Shown piece after piece: positions 26,652-42,911 of a DNA stretch of 64,000 nt. Location of the stretch: the NCBI GenBank assembly GCA_951406725.2, contig OX597825.1, positions 49,786,001-49,850,000 on the forward strand. Direction: 5' to 3'. The stretch is from Octopus vulgaris. Its lineage: Eukaryota. The stretch's first letter is position 1; each line of letters opens with the position of its first letter. Both the position numbers and the translations under genes were made by a program. The notes beneath the pieces are model-generated. The model ran no database searches. It saw only the letters and a program-made list of their open reading frames with translations, and was not told the DNA's origin.

Positions 26652-29600
26652 TATACATATATATGCATATAAATAAATGGATAGATGTATATCTATCTAT
26701 ATATATATATGTATGTATGTATGTACATGTATATGAATACGCATACAAATACGCATATATACACATACATATATGCACTTTCTGCGTGTGTACACAAGTA
26801 TATCTGCATTTATCATTCGTCTTTCTGAAGGAACTATTCTGTATTTTGAATGTATACATGTATCAAGTTTCATGTGTGTCTATTTTACACATTGTAAATA
26901 TACACAACATCTTATAAACGCATTCGTAACACCTATAATTGTTTCCCATCTTTTCTCTGTTCTATATGCCCGAACTTTTACTTTCTACCAGCCAACTCTG
27001 CTTGTACCTATCTATTCGACGCCTGCACTAGAAGTTGCACACCACCTCTATGTATGCTTCAACACAAAAGCAGGTTTGCTAGTATATGTTCCCATACATC
27101 TGAATGCCGGTTGACAATTGTAAATGCACCTCTCATTCAAATCCTGCCTGTTATCGATTCCTGGAAATAAATACAGCAAAAAGAAATAATTCTGCGAACG
27201 ATGATATTTCTTGGATATCAATTTACATGGAAGTAACTGTAGAAACGTCAGACCGAATGCAATCACATGGATAACTTTATTGTCAAGTTTTAAAATCATT
27301 CGGTAGTTAATGAAGCACTAGCAGAAACTGCAGTCTTTATGATAATAATATTCTGTACGTTATCTATTCCTTGTTTTGGAATAACCTTAGCCAGAGGAAG
27401 CTGAAAACATCGCTTGTTTTTCGATAAAAGTTTTATCATATATTCCTTCTAGCGATCGTTATGTCACAGAATGTGAAGAAAGTTGATCGCTATATACCAT
27501 TATGATCAGAATTTATTTCCGAATGGCACTGCATACATTCACTGGATAATAGTATTAAATATTTAGAATGTATGAAACTTGTACAGAATGTTATATTGCA
27601 AAGTATTGTATTTATTTGGTTACTGTGCCTACTGACTTAAAACCCTGTAGAACTGAAATTTGTTTTTGATCTTTTCGGATCATTAATGAGAACCCAAGCA
27701 AGGTTGTAAATGCTAGAGAAGATGATTTATCGTACTTCTTCCGCCTCTTGGCTTTATGAGCACAAATGCCTTACCGTGATACTTTCACGGAGGACTTTAT
27801 CTGTTTAACTCCACTACCAGGTCGCGTGCCGTTAGCAGAGTCCATTCAGCTGCAATCATTCGAACTAGGTTTTCGGTTTGAATATAAATTCCTCTCTCCC
27901 ATCACTCTCGGAGAGCCTTTTATCCCTTTCTTGTTGCCGAATTTAATTATAGCAGATTGTCGCTCCTTTGATTATCCCCATGTTAGAAAATGTTCTCATA
28001 TATACGTTTGCTAGCATTTTTTTTTTATTCTAGGATTTTACGTATATAAGTCTTATATTCACAGTCACTCTATATAGGATACTTCTTAATTGCAGTTAGG
28101 TAATGTCGAGAAAACTGAAGTCCGTAAGCTTTGTACTGTGTTATTCGAGAATTACTACATGTGCAATGAAACAGACTGGCAATCACAACAATGTCGGTAC
28201 CAGCCGTGGCCACAACCTCTGGCTGAAACAAATAAAATGTATATAATTTTGAATTTTATTATGTGCGTTAAACGTGATAGCAAAGCTGTATGATGAGTGA
28301 AGTTGAGTTAATTTGAAATGTTTTTCTTTCAATAGGGAAGAGTATAGTGTTTCTGAATTCCTGCGTTTTTCCTTTATCTGAAGCTTTGTTTGGCAAACCT
28401 ACTGACATATTTTCTATATTTCTTTATTATGGTCAGCGGCTTCTTCGTAGACAATTCTAGCAACATCTACGACTGGAGTACCCTGTTAACAACTTCATGA
28501 TATTTAATCCATGACATGCGCGAATCTTTCTAAGCTTTTCAGTAATAGGTTTATTGAGCTGCAATTCATCTTTCTCACCACAAATCATTGCAGTATCCAC
28601 TTAAGTCTCCTGAAAATGAGGTCTTGCTTTTCATTCAGCAGTATATGTATCATATATTACTGTAAAGACATTTTACGAGTCTGTTATTTTTAGTGGTTGG
28701 TATTTGTTAAGGCTTCTGTACTAAGACTCACTTCCTGCCAACAATTTCTCTCGAGGATGAATTGCCCATCATATCATTGTGATCAGCAAACTATTTAACA
28801 CACAGCTTCTCTCCACCAAACACTCTCTCAAGAAATTGGTTTTATACGTGCGTTAGAAACCACCTCTAAGGATGGTGAACAGTAGAAATGATTGAGGAGC
28901 CTACACACAAGGTTGGTTCATTGAGTTATATTATGCTACCATCTGTGTTTGGAAGTAATCAGCCTCAGAATTGTCTGTATTCCCTGAAGTGTTCATAGCA
29001 TAAATAGCAACCGAGCATGTTTTGGTGTTGATTTCTTTAAAACTCCCCTCTTTCAATACCAATCTCTATCATTGTTCTGAATGTTAAAAGCTGCTTTAAG
29101 TTCTGTAGTTAAAGAAATTAAACAAATATAAAACATGACTGTTAAACATGTAATGTTCTTAAATTCCTTCGAAATTTAACATGCTTTTCCTAGAACATTG
29201 GAATGCTCCTAACGTAAAAAAAAAAAATATTAAAAATTTAGAAAACTTGAACCAAGTTAAATAGAAATTACTTTGAAATACGACACATTTTCGCACGTAA
29301 TATTGCTCAGAATATATCGGTGTATTGCTGATAGTGCCCTCGAGCCATTACATGAATTCTTTTGCGGCTTCATTTCCTGAAATGCGAAAAGATATTAAAA
29401 AAAAGATTATTCTTATATTCTAACTTGTTTTCATGATTTTAAGTGAAAAGTGAGGGGGAGAGGGAGAGGAAGTAGTGAGAATTAGAGAGATAAAAGCGAC
29501 AAAAGGAAAGCAGGAAGAGAAGCGAAAGGGATGGGGGAAATGGTAGATGTAAAGAGAAGTTTTTATTTTTTTATGTTGTCAAATAAAATACATAAAACAG

Positions 29601-30202
29601 AAATACTGGATATTTCATATTGTTTTCCAGAAAACCAGACGATTTACAGCAGCAAAAATGCGAGATACAATACCATTCATAAAAATAATTAAAGATAATT
29701 AGAATACATACACGGACATACGCGCGAATGCACATGCTCACACACAAACACATATACCTATATACATATACAAATCTATACGAAAATACATATAAATATA
29801 GTAGGAGATATGTAAATGTGCCACTGTAGTTGTGTGTATACATACATACATAAATACTTACACACTTACATATACACACATAAAAATATATATGTAATTC
29901 ACCGGAAGGTATCATAGGTAGCAATGAATAACCTATCAAATATAGTGAAAACTATAACACAGTAGTGCGTATAAATTACAATATGCACCATGTGATCTTC
30001 ATTTCCCTCTATGTTCCCTGACTTAGCATCTTCAGTATTTTTTTTTTTTTCAGTTTTCACTCATATATGCCTGTGTCAATGCCTTAGCGCTATTTATTGC
30101 ATTATTTTTTACAAATAGCTTTCTGTTTTTTCACCTCACTGACTCTGACTTTTCTTTCTGGATCTATCGCACATCTTCCATTACACCATCTATATCGGTG
30201 AA

Positions 30203-30656
<454 letters not shown>

Positions 30657-31231
30657 TTATTATCGTTTCAGGTAACAGTTTTTATTGTGTAGCACATATG
30701 TTGACGTTTAAAAATGGCAATAAATGCAATATGCAATATAATAGTATATCATTATTGGTTATATTTATGGATGGTCATTTTGATTCTTACCAAATAAACT
30801 CGCGCATTATATATTCGTTTTTCCCTTCAGCTTCATCATTGTTCTTATTTTTGTGTTCTTTGTCTTAAATCTTTTGTCAAACATCCTGTGATCTTTGTAG
30901 TGACTCTCCATCACAAGTGTCTTCTCCTCTTCTTTTTAGTCCATTCTGTCTTTCTATGGTGAAAGGACTAAACAGAACCGGAGGTAACACGTGGGTGAAG
31001 AGTCGCTGAAGAGTTCCAGAATATGTTATGAAACATTTAAGACAAAAGAAACAAAAATAAGGACAATATTTTAGCTGAATAAAAGAACAAATATATTGCG
31101 GTTGTGTTTATTCGGCAAAAACAAAATGACCGTTCCGAAATAAAAGAAAACAAATTTTTCGAAGCACGATTTCACATCAAGAAGCTTGCCAAATATATAC
31201 GTAAACATAAAATAGTATTGTTATTATTATT

Positions 31232-33860
31232 TATTAATTCATTGTCTTTGCACAGCACCTAACTCTGGAGAGGTACCACGGTGTCAGCTGTTCACTACAA
31301 GTGTACTAAGGTAACACCCCTTATTTTTCGAGCACCATCTGGAGTATTCGAGCGGTTCCGAGCAGTACTGTTTTCTGAAAGTACTCCACCCTTATTGCAG
31401 CCCTTATTTGTTTCATGTATTTCTTATGATTTTTAATCAGAGCTCCTACATCGACTTTTCTTTCTTCCTTATCTCAAACAATTTGGCAGCTAGGCATGCT
31501 GGATCTATGATCCTGCATCGTTTGCTTTCTTTCTCAATAGTTTCCTCTTCTCTGTCTCATCATCGCAATGTATCCTAAAATTCCATTGGATCTTTGCGTT
31601 ATCATTTTCGATGATGCCTTCGAGTTTATGTTCGTACAAACTTTTTGCTCCGTCAAGTCTATACTTGTTGCAAAGTGTCCATGGACAATCCTTACTATGT
31701 TGACATGACGTCTCTTATTTTCTTTCTGGGCTACATTGACTGATAATATGCCATACGATTTCACCATTTTCTCCATAATTTCTACACTTATCATTTTCTT
31801 ACGTGTTATCGATTCTGTATTTGATGTAATTCGTTCTTAATCCACGGATTAGAGTCACTGTTTCCGGTTTTAAATCACATTTAGTCATCCATAGCCATCT
31901 TGTTTCTCTGACTGTCTCATTTTCAACATTCTTAGAAAATTGTCCATGCATTCTTTTCTTTATCCACCCATTTATAGTTTCATTCATTCTCAAGTACTTG
32001 TACAATGCTTTACCTTTGAAATCTTCCATCCTACACATGCCTGACATTCATACTTCCAATAATAGCAGTCCGCTTTTTATTTTGCTTACTATGCTATGTC
32101 GTCTTTTTCCACTCTAATGCTGTGTTCGCATCCAATCAGTCCTCTTCTCCCTCTTTTTCTTGGTACCTACAGTCTGTCAGTGTCACTTTTTGGGCGGAGT
32201 GTCCCATATCATAAACCTTATTGAGAATATAGAGAACATTTTTTCAGATGTCCGTACATTGACTCTACGACTATTCCAATCAATAATTTCCACATATGTG
32301 GCAAGCAGGACATCGGCCTTTAATTGTCTAGCGTATTGCCTTTTTCGATGTTTCTCAAGCACAGCACTGTCCTACCCAGTGTTAACCACTCTGGTGTGAC
32401 TTGGTCGGCATTTAAGAAGGTGTTAAGTTGTGCAGCTGTTCGGGCATGACATTCACCAAATTTTTTGATCCAGTAGCCTTGAACTCCATCTGGTCCCGGG
32501 GCCGTCCAGTTGCCCATTGTTTTGGTGATTACCTTCACTTCCCTAACTGAAATGACTAGTTCTACCTGTTTTGGACAGCTACTGTTTGTTTAAGTTCTTG
32601 CAACCATTCAGTATCACTTTCGTTCTCCTTTTCTTTGCTCCAAATGTCACTCCAAAACCTTTCACTTTCAACGTTATCCGGTATCAACTTTCCATCTGCA
32701 CACTTCCATGTAAATTCTTTGTAGAATCTCTTCTGATCTACTCTGAATAACCTATTCTGCTGGTAAGCCTTCATTCTTTGGTTGTATCTTACCATCTTCG
32801 CTTTCTTTGCAACGAGGCGCTGTTTTAGATCATCCATTACAACATTCAGGCCTTTTCCTTCAATATCATGCTTTCTGTTAAGTGCTCTGTATATTTGTTC
32901 AGTTTTTAGCTCCACCTTTTCTTTTCATCAGGTCTTCCGAGAGCAGAAATGTCCTTCGAGACCATAGCTAACACCGCTTGTATTTTTCTCCACCATACAT
33001 CCTGTCACTCCCATTATATTTCTTTTTCTTGACATCAAGACCCACATTTTCTGCTACAACAATACTTGTTGCCTTGATCAAATTGTTTGTTTCTGTGATG
33101 TTTTTGTTCTGATGTGTTTCAGAATTTCATTGACATTTTCGTTTCTTGGTTCAATTTCTACTCATCAATCTTTTTAAGGCTGCAAATGATAACACTATCG
33201 TTCTCCTGTAGCCTTGCCTTTATTCTATTGTCGATTGCCTTTTGCCCATCTTTCCTGTCACCATTAGTTCTATTGTTTTCTCTCATCGAGCGAGCTATCA
33301 CTGACCCTTTCCTTTAGTTTATTAGAGATTTCAACTCTGCTTTCTGCTTTGAAATTGCTTTTATCAGTAGGAACTTATTTTCATCGTTTTCTCTGCTATT
33401 GTTTTCCAATATCCGTCTTTTGATAGCTTCGAGCTCCACTTCTATGAACCAATGATTTTTTCTTATTGCTCTAGCTTGATTACATAATCTCTGTTCTCTC
33501 CCTTGATCAAACATATATTCTCGATATGCCCTAAGATGAACACCATTTTCGTCTACGAGGTTTCTCATGTATTAACACTGCATGACCACATCATTGATTT
33601 ATTTGTTCCTTCTACACCGCGCGTGCTGGTCCCGTGCTGGATAACGACAGGCTGGGGTCGGACAAGTGTCTCTGAGCCTGCCGGATGTAACCCTGTCACC
33701 TTCATGGGCTTCAGTTTCATTCCCACCGTTATTCACAATATTTTGTTTTTTCATTGTCACTCATACGAGGTAGTGTTTATCAGGTTGCACAATTATCAGT
33801 GACACCATCACTAAATCTATCATTAATCAGTGCAAAGGAAGATACCAATCACTTCCTTTC
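31232..33860 (-). mobile_element. R4/Dong-type LINE (family C) with most of the RT deleted
   Basis: EQRLCNQARAIRKNHW, QQNRLFRVDQKRFY, NWTAPGPDGVQGYWIK, RMHGQF and LRTNYIKYRID; short TAT runs on both sides. Confidence 0.88.
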
Positions 33861-34084
33861 ATTATTATTATTATCATTATTACTGATATTATTTTTTTTT
33901 ACTACTATTCGTCATTGTTTATAATTACTCTGATCCGACATGAGTTTTATCTAAATTATTATTATTATTATCGTCATTACCCGCATCACCATTATCACCA
34001 TCATTATTTTCATTCCTATTTATTATTAAAAGTTATTATTGAATGTTGTTTAGTTTCAACTTTTGTACTTGAGATGATCATAAT

Positions 34085-34565
34085 TATGTATGTTTAAGGG
34101 AACACTAGGAGCAGGTGAGACAGCTTGCTGAGCAGATTAAATTCCACAGGTCTGTAATAGATTCGGCAGATGGTGAAGAGATCAGCAATGGGCATTTCTG
34201 TGCGATAAGGATTGGGATCAGCAGAGGTAAAATGTGTTTACTACTACTGGCGATCAATGAGAGCGCTGAATTTGGCCTAGAAAAGACCCAATTCACCTTG
34301 CTCTGTTTTTAATTACTGATAGAAAGAAATTTATATATATAATATTCGTGTTACTGTTATTCTCCTTGTTCTGTCATTTACTGTTTATATTTTGTACTGT
34401 CTTTACTGTCCTGTTTTTGTTACCATTATTACTCCTCCGCAAGAAAAATCTCAAATCTTATTTAATTTGCTTTTGCGGGAAGGACTGCTTCAACTAAGTC
34501 GTGTCTCGCCTTACCTTCGAAACGCGGAGTAGATAAAACAGAGGCGGCCGAAGAAGGGGAATTTA
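34085..34565 (+). mobile_element. PLE 3' fragment (GIY-YIG C-terminus and 3' region)
   Basis: RQLAEQIKFH..GHF resembles the R.L..R..EH motif; degenerate hammerhead parts (cgaaacgcggag, ccgaaga) downstream. Confidence 0.55.
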
Positions 34566-34574
34566 TATATAGAT

Positions 34575-34868
34575 CACGTGACCAACCAGCACATCAGATG
34601 TTGCTACACATCGCTGGTCCCAATGCGTTCACATTGCTTTAGCCTTCGAATGACGCCACCCCGTAGGCTAAGCGAGCAGGCCAACATAAGAAAGAGTGGG
34701 AGAAAGAGAGGTGAAAGAGTACAGCAGGGATCACCACCCCTGCCGGAGCCTCGTGGAGCTTTTAGATGTTTTCGCTCAATAAACACTCACAACACCCGGT
34801 CTGGGAATCGAAATCTTTATCCTACGACCGCGAGTCCGCTGCTCTAAACACTGGGCCATTGCGCCTCC
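34575..34868 (-). mobile_element. tRNA-derived SINE (family 3)
   Basis: Head nearly identical to the copy at 23130-23310. Confidence 0.87.
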
Positions 34869-34869
34869 A

Positions 34870-34870
34870 T

Positions 34871-34935
<65 letters not shown>

Positions 34936-35262
34936 TATATATATGTATATATATATATACATATATATATACATATATATATATATATTTATATATATAC
35001 ATATATATTTATATATATATGTATATGTATATATATGTATACATATATAGATATGTATACATATATATATATATGTAAATATATATATATATGTATAGAT
35101 ATATATATGTATACATACATAGATATGTATACATATATATATATATGTATACATATATAGATATGTATACATATCTATATATGTATACATATATATATAT
35201 GTATACATATATAGATATGTATACATATCTATATATGTATACATATATATATATATATATAA

Positions 35263-35302
<40 letters not shown>
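34870..35302. repeat. (CA)n/(TA)n-rich microsatellite
   Basis: Direct reading. Confidence 0.95.
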
Positions 35303-35303
<1 letters not shown>

Positions 35304-36643
35304 CTATATAATATGTTACATTATCGGTAGTCAAGATAAAACTCTGAGTTTCAGATGCCGAAGTGGAAATCCACAACACCATCTCTTCGGTTATCTGGCT
35401 ATTTGAAAACGTTATGAAAAAATACCGTTAAAAATGAAGGGAAATTACTCTGTTATAACTCTGCTTTGCCTGCGTACTTATACATCGCTCGCATTTTTCG
35501 TCGTAAAAATTATATAAAAATACATAAAAATATATTAAAATATATAAAATCTTCTTGGGACATAACACAGAAAGCATGTTCTATCCGTTTTCTTTAGGGG
35601 ACCAAAAACGTAACAGAAATTTAGTCACATGTGGGCATGATCCGAAAAGCTCTGTCCTTGTATTTAGACATGTGGTAGGGTCTAAGCTGCTTTTCCAGAT
35701 AAGCCATCTCTCCATGTCGCATAAACCGCACCTTCCGCTGCCGTTAGTATAGGGCTTACATCTGGCCAAAATCTTCCATTGTATGTTATAATCGACACCT
35801 TTATCTCTTAAAGACCAAATATGATTGGATAATTGTGTCGCTTTTCTTTTGTTCCAGTGCCTAAAGCTCAAAGTGTGGTTATTGAACCTGGCCTTGAAAT
35901 TACCCTCTGTCAGGCCCACGTATTTCTTCGTCGAAACGGTGTCTTTAGTGGTTATAGAGTTTACGGTAGCTTCATATATGATGGTCTTGGACATGCAAGC
36001 TCCATTTAGCGGGCACAATTCTTTATTCCTGCATGAACAGCTGTTTTCTTCTTGTGTTTTTTGTATTTTATGATTGATTATGTTTTTAAAATTGGTAGTT
36101 GAACTAAAACTAATTTTTAAATTGTGTCTATTGAAGAGTTTCCTATAAGCATGGTTAACTGGAAAATGTCTATCTATCAGTGCTAGGAAATATTTACCTA
36201 TATTGAAGGCCACCTCGGGTGAGTAAGGGGCGTAAACCAGATGACCTTCCTATTTCTATTATTCCTTTTCCTTATTGTTGGGCTGGTGATAGGTGTATAT
36301 TTTATTTTTTCGCTAAAACCACTATCTTTTAAAGCTTTATTATAAACTGGGCAACGCTATTGAAGATGTCCTCATTAGATGAGAGGCTAGAAATCCTCTT
36401 ACTAATATTTTTAACTAAATTTTTGAATACTATAGGGGGATGGTATGAACCTACATTAATATAACTTAGTCTATCATTGGGCTTCCTATAAGGCTTATAA
36501 ATATTATTATTAAGATCTAAGGAAACGTCTAAGAAATTGACAACCGTCAGGTTAGTGTCTATAGTTATAATATCCTTCCTAAAACGATCTTGTGCTGGTC
36601 CATTTGTATTAGCTGTTAAGGCGAGGGCATCATCTTTGTAGAT
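35303..36643 (-). mobile_element. Penelope-like element, left arm of the palindrome (RT C-terminus + GIY-YIG)
   Basis: IYKDDAL, NFLDVSLDL, YKPYRKPND, CSCRNKELCPLNGAC, YVGLTEGNFKARFNNH and CGLCDME. Confidence 0.93.
35334..35396 (-). ncRNA. Minimal type I hammerhead ribozyme motif (CCGAAGA core variant)
   Basis: agataa-CCGAAGA-gatg..catc-u-GAAA-ctcagag-TT-ttatct: 6-bp stem I, near-palindromic stem III, GUU cleavage triplet. Confidence 0.75.
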
Positions 36644-36662
36644 GGTGAAATGTACGTTAGGG

Positions 36663-38212
<1,550 letters not shown>

Positions 38213-39710
38213 AACATCCCATACTGCCTAGCCAGAAGAATTTAGCCAGAAGAATTTGTACTATTGTAGAAGATGCAAATATCAGGAACAAACGCCTAAT
38301 AGAACTAAGAGAATTTTTGCTCAAACAAAAATACCCATCTCTACATATAGAAAATGGCATACAGCGGGCTATAAAAATACTCATACAACAACTTAGGACA
38401 ACCCAAGGAAGAGGAAACCAAGAAAAAGTCATACCATTCATAGTGACACACAACCCATGTCACCAGAATATCTTCAACATTGCCAAAGCAAACCTACCAA
38501 TCATTGCCCAAAGTAATGAATTAAAAGACATAATCACGGATCGAGCTATGGTGCTTAGTAAAAGACAGCCTAAAAACTTGAAAACATTACTAACAAAGGC
38601 AAAATTTGACCTCAGCAACAAAGACCAAACATTCACGGTATCTAAATGCAATGATAGCCGATGTGGCACATGCCAATTCATACTTACCGGTCAATATATA
38701 AACACAAAAACCGGGAAAATATTCACAAACGCGAATATGAACTGCAAAAGCAGAAATTTAATTTACTGCATCAAATGCCCAAATTGTGAAGAAATATATG
38801 TAGGCCAGACGGGAAACGCACTATTAGAACGCTCACGTGTACACCGGCAACAGATTAGAGACCCAGAGGTCCGTCAGATACCTTTGAGTAACCACCTAGC
38901 AACATGTGGCCGGAAAATGTATGTAATATTTCCGTTCTACAAATTACACAGCCCAAGTGAAATCGAGAGGAGAATCAGAGAAAAGAATTTTATTGATAAA
39001 TTCGAACCCAAGCTAAATAAGCAATAATAATAATACTTAGAGGTATTACTTCCACTGCTACGACCATGACCACTAACAACAACAACAATACTAAAGGTGA
39101 TCAAGATGAAGATAGCAGGAAAATTATCTTATTTAGGGTTAAAAGTTCTATTGCCACCACCATCACCACTAGCAACAATAATTAAGGTGCTGACAATGAT
39201 GATGATGACAATTGAAATATAAAAATATAAAAATCTCTGACAAAGGATAGTTACAACATTTCTAAAAATAACCCAACAATTGCTGCTTCGGCCAGGGTCA
39301 AGATACAGGACTCTTGACATGTCCAACAAAGCGTGATGCCTAAACCAATCAGCTCAACCAACCAATAAGCTTAAGTAATTGAGTGATACTACACACTAAT
39401 TGGTCAGAATACAGTTTGCAAAACCTAGCACTCTGGAGCCTCTCCCAGCTGTATTTATAGCACAGAATCAATCATCTTGCTACAGTCAAAAATTGTGAAG
39501 CATGACTGTCAACACTACTACATGAACCCGAAGATTGCAGAATTCAATGCATGAATGTACTAGTTCAATCAGAATGAATATTTAGCATTCTACTATTTCA
39601 TTTTATTTTATTCTATTATAATATATTATCTTATAATATATCATTATAAGATTGTAAATAAAACGTGAAAATCAGACAAGGTTGGAATTCTTTTTATTAA
39701 TATATTCTTC
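38213..39710 (+). mobile_element. Neptune-like PLE, 5'-truncated; open 236-aa thumb-linker-GIY-YIG frame at 38317-39027
   Basis: CNDSRCGTC, NLIYCIKCPNCEEIYVGQTG..RSRVH and REKNFIDKFEPKLN; flanked by (TA)n on both sides. Confidence 0.92.
39523..39567 (+). ncRNA. Minimal type I hammerhead motif (CCGAAGA core; A15.1 mutated in this copy)
   Basis: tgaac-CCGAAGA-t-tgca..tgca-t-GAAt-gtac-TA-gttca: perfect 5-bp stem I and palindromic stem III. Confidence 0.7.
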
Positions 39711-39729
39711 TATACACAATCACACACAC

Positions 39730-39791
<62 letters not shown>

Positions 39792-40303
39792 TGTAGTTCA
39801 CCTAGTTGGATTTTTGAATCTCTGAATTTTTCTTTGTTTTTCCTGGAAATTTTCCTTTTCTTTTTATAAGTTTTGCTATGGTTTACAGTTTTTGTAATTG
39901 TGCGATTTGTATATATTTGTATATATTGGTAGGTGCTTATCTCCTTATTTTTTTGTTTTTTATCGTTACAATAAAAGGTATGTTTACATATTCGGGTAGT
40001 CAGGGAAAAAAAGAAAGATAAAATTTTCACACAAAATTGTAGATATTGAAGTTTCTAAATGTTTTTTAGAGATGTTCGTTTGTTTGTCCGATCAGAGAAG
40101 ACTGTAATGTTTTTGCAATGAAAAGGATGTTTGCATTTTCGAGTACCCAGGAAGAAAGGAAAGGATACATATTCACAGAAGTTGAAGATATAAAAGCTTT
40201 TAAAGCCGATCCTTTGTGTGTGCGAAAACTGTAGATATGTAAGTTTATTCTAGCCGTCAGGAGTTAATTTCCCGTTTTCCTGCTGAGTTGGAGACATAGA
40301 AAC

Positions 40304-40322
40304 ATTATTATTATTATTATTA

Positions 40323-40377
<55 letters not shown>

Positions 40378-40410
40378 CATTATCATCATTATCAACAATA
40401 TCATTATTAT
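40304..40410. repeat. (TAT)n microsatellite followed by a family-2 SINE head (~40415-40522)
   Basis: Direct reading. Confidence 0.9.
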
Positions 40411-40949
40411 AAACGCGGTGAACTGGCAGAATTGTTAGCACACCGGGCGAAATGCTTAGCGATATTTCGTCTGTCGCTACGTTCTGTGTTCAAATTCCGC
40501 CGAGGCCGACTTTGCTTGTCATTCGTATGGTGAGCGAAAACGATGCCACTTTTATCTTGTCTTCCTTTCTAATCAGCACCGGGCATTCCATACCCTTCCC
40601 CTCCCTTCTACACTATCTACTGGCAACCAGCGAGCGAACTTGTCACTGCCACTACAATTACCGTATTTTCCGGTGTATAAGCCGCTATTTGCTTCAGTTT
40701 TACCTTCATGTTTTGATAGTGCTATTTTAATCTAATAAAGACTTTTATATTGATGAAATGTGTTTGTTGTTGATTATTATCAGAGAAAATCATGACAATA
40801 ACAATACATCGCATAGTCGTAAAATAAAGCATTTTGAAACTACATATACGCCAACAACAAAAAAGCTAGCTGCAGATTCGTCTTTTAACCCAACCGTGCT
40901 TTATGTGTGGATAAAATACGGATGTCGGGCGAGCGAATAGATATATACT

Positions 40950-41375
40950 ATTTACTTTTACTTTTACTTGTTTCAGTCATTTGACTGCGGTCATGCTGGA
41001 GCACCGCCTTTAATCGAGCAACTCGACCCCGGGACTTATTCTTTTGTAAGCCCAGTACTTATTCTATCGGTCTCTTTTGCCGAACCGCTATATAACGGGG
41101 ACATAAACACACCAGCATCGGTTGTCAAGCAATGCTAGGGGACAAACACAGACACACAAATACACACACGCATATATATATATATATATATACGACGGGC
41201 TTCTTTCAGTTTCCGTCTACCAAATCCACTCACAAGGCATTGGTCGGCCCGAGGCTAAAGTAGAAGACACTTGCCCAAGGTGCCACGCGGTGGGACTGAA
41301 TCCGGAACCATGTGGTTGGTAGACAAGCTACTTACCACACAACCACTCCTGTGCCTATAGCCACTCCTGCGCCTA
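40950..41375 (-). mobile_element. tRNA-derived SINE (family 1) with duplicated 5' end
   Basis: Reverse complement of the 6793-7170 family; ccactcctg(t/c)gcctata occurs twice. Confidence 0.88.
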
Positions 41376-41724
41376 TATGTAAATAATATTTCTTCCTTCT
41401 TGGTGTTGATTCTTCGCTGGTGTTGATTCTTCGAACAGAGTAGAGATGACTCGGAAGACATGACACGGAAGTTGTTCCTCAGCGATTACTATCGTAAATA
41501 GCAGTAATTATTCAACCGAATACACGTCGTTGATTGGTTGAAATTACCCAAATACGACAACTTTAATACGAAATAACTTCTAAAATACGAAAATTTGTCC
41601 AAAACTTTCAGAGTAAATCGTGTTCTAAGTGAGAAATTCTACCAGTATTTGAAGTTTCAAACTGTTTATTTAAAAGAAATTAATTAAAAAAATCTGTGAT
41701 TCAGATAGGATAGATCCGAAAGGA

Positions 41725-41772
<48 letters not shown>

Positions 41773-41816
41773 GTATTACTATTATTATTATTATTTTTCT
41801 TCTTCTTCTTCTTCTT

Positions 41817-41905
<89 letters not shown>
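41725..41905. repeat. (TAT)n-(TCT)n-(TAT)n compound microsatellite
   Basis: Direct reading. Confidence 0.97.
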
Positions 41906-41906
<1 letters not shown>

Positions 41907-42501
41907 GAGTGAGAGAGCAGTTTATGCCATCAAAGTGACACTGGGGTAAAATATACGAAGCCCAATATACCCATCATGACTACCCGTCTGATAAAGGTAC
42001 ACCAGGCACATGCATCACAACCATATGTGCGCGACATGGTGATCTCATATCAAGATAAACAGCGCATTACCTTGCAGGTGGGGCCCAGTTAAAATGTTCT
42101 TCTAGTCGAGTAACCCATCCCACTCAAAAGGTCCCTGAAGAAGGGTTGTTTAAGAATGTTGAACGAAACATCCATGTTTCCAGAGGTGAATTATTCAAAC
42201 TCCAAAGAATCCCTCTCAACACATGGCTATGATGCTCTCCCACTACTTCTGCTCGTGATCAGAGATGCACATTTTGCCAGCCACTAAGGGACATGCTCAA
42301 CTGGTTAAGGTCAAACAACTGACAAGCAAATCTGTGGTATTGAGCAGAATATTTGCTGTAGCCCATCTTTTATACCAAGACAAAACAATGTACATGATAA
42401 CACTTCCAATCAGTTAAGATCAGAAGCCATGAGAGCCACTGCCTGGTACTGCATCAGGGCATTTATACTGCATCAGGGCATTGGTACTGCATCAGGGCAT
42501 T
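41906..42501. mobile_element. ORF-less (TAA)n-embedded repeat, copy 3 (most complete)
   Basis: Directly flanked by TAT arrays; terminal tactgcatcagggcatt is triplicated. Confidence 0.92.
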
Positions 42502-42509
42502 TATTATTA

Positions 42510-42570
<61 letters not shown>

Positions 42571-42579
42571 GAAGAAGAA

Positions 42580-42911
<332 letters not shown>

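Noticed and set aside
27160-27845. Minus-strand ATG (MDSANGTRPGSG..), donor GTAAGG at 27774 and strong acceptor before 27160
   Set aside because: Splicing them gives a stop after three codons; it could be a UTR or lncRNA but the sequence alone does not support it
42446-42501. CRISPR-like repeat array
   Set aside because: Eukaryotic context, only three units, and no real spacers
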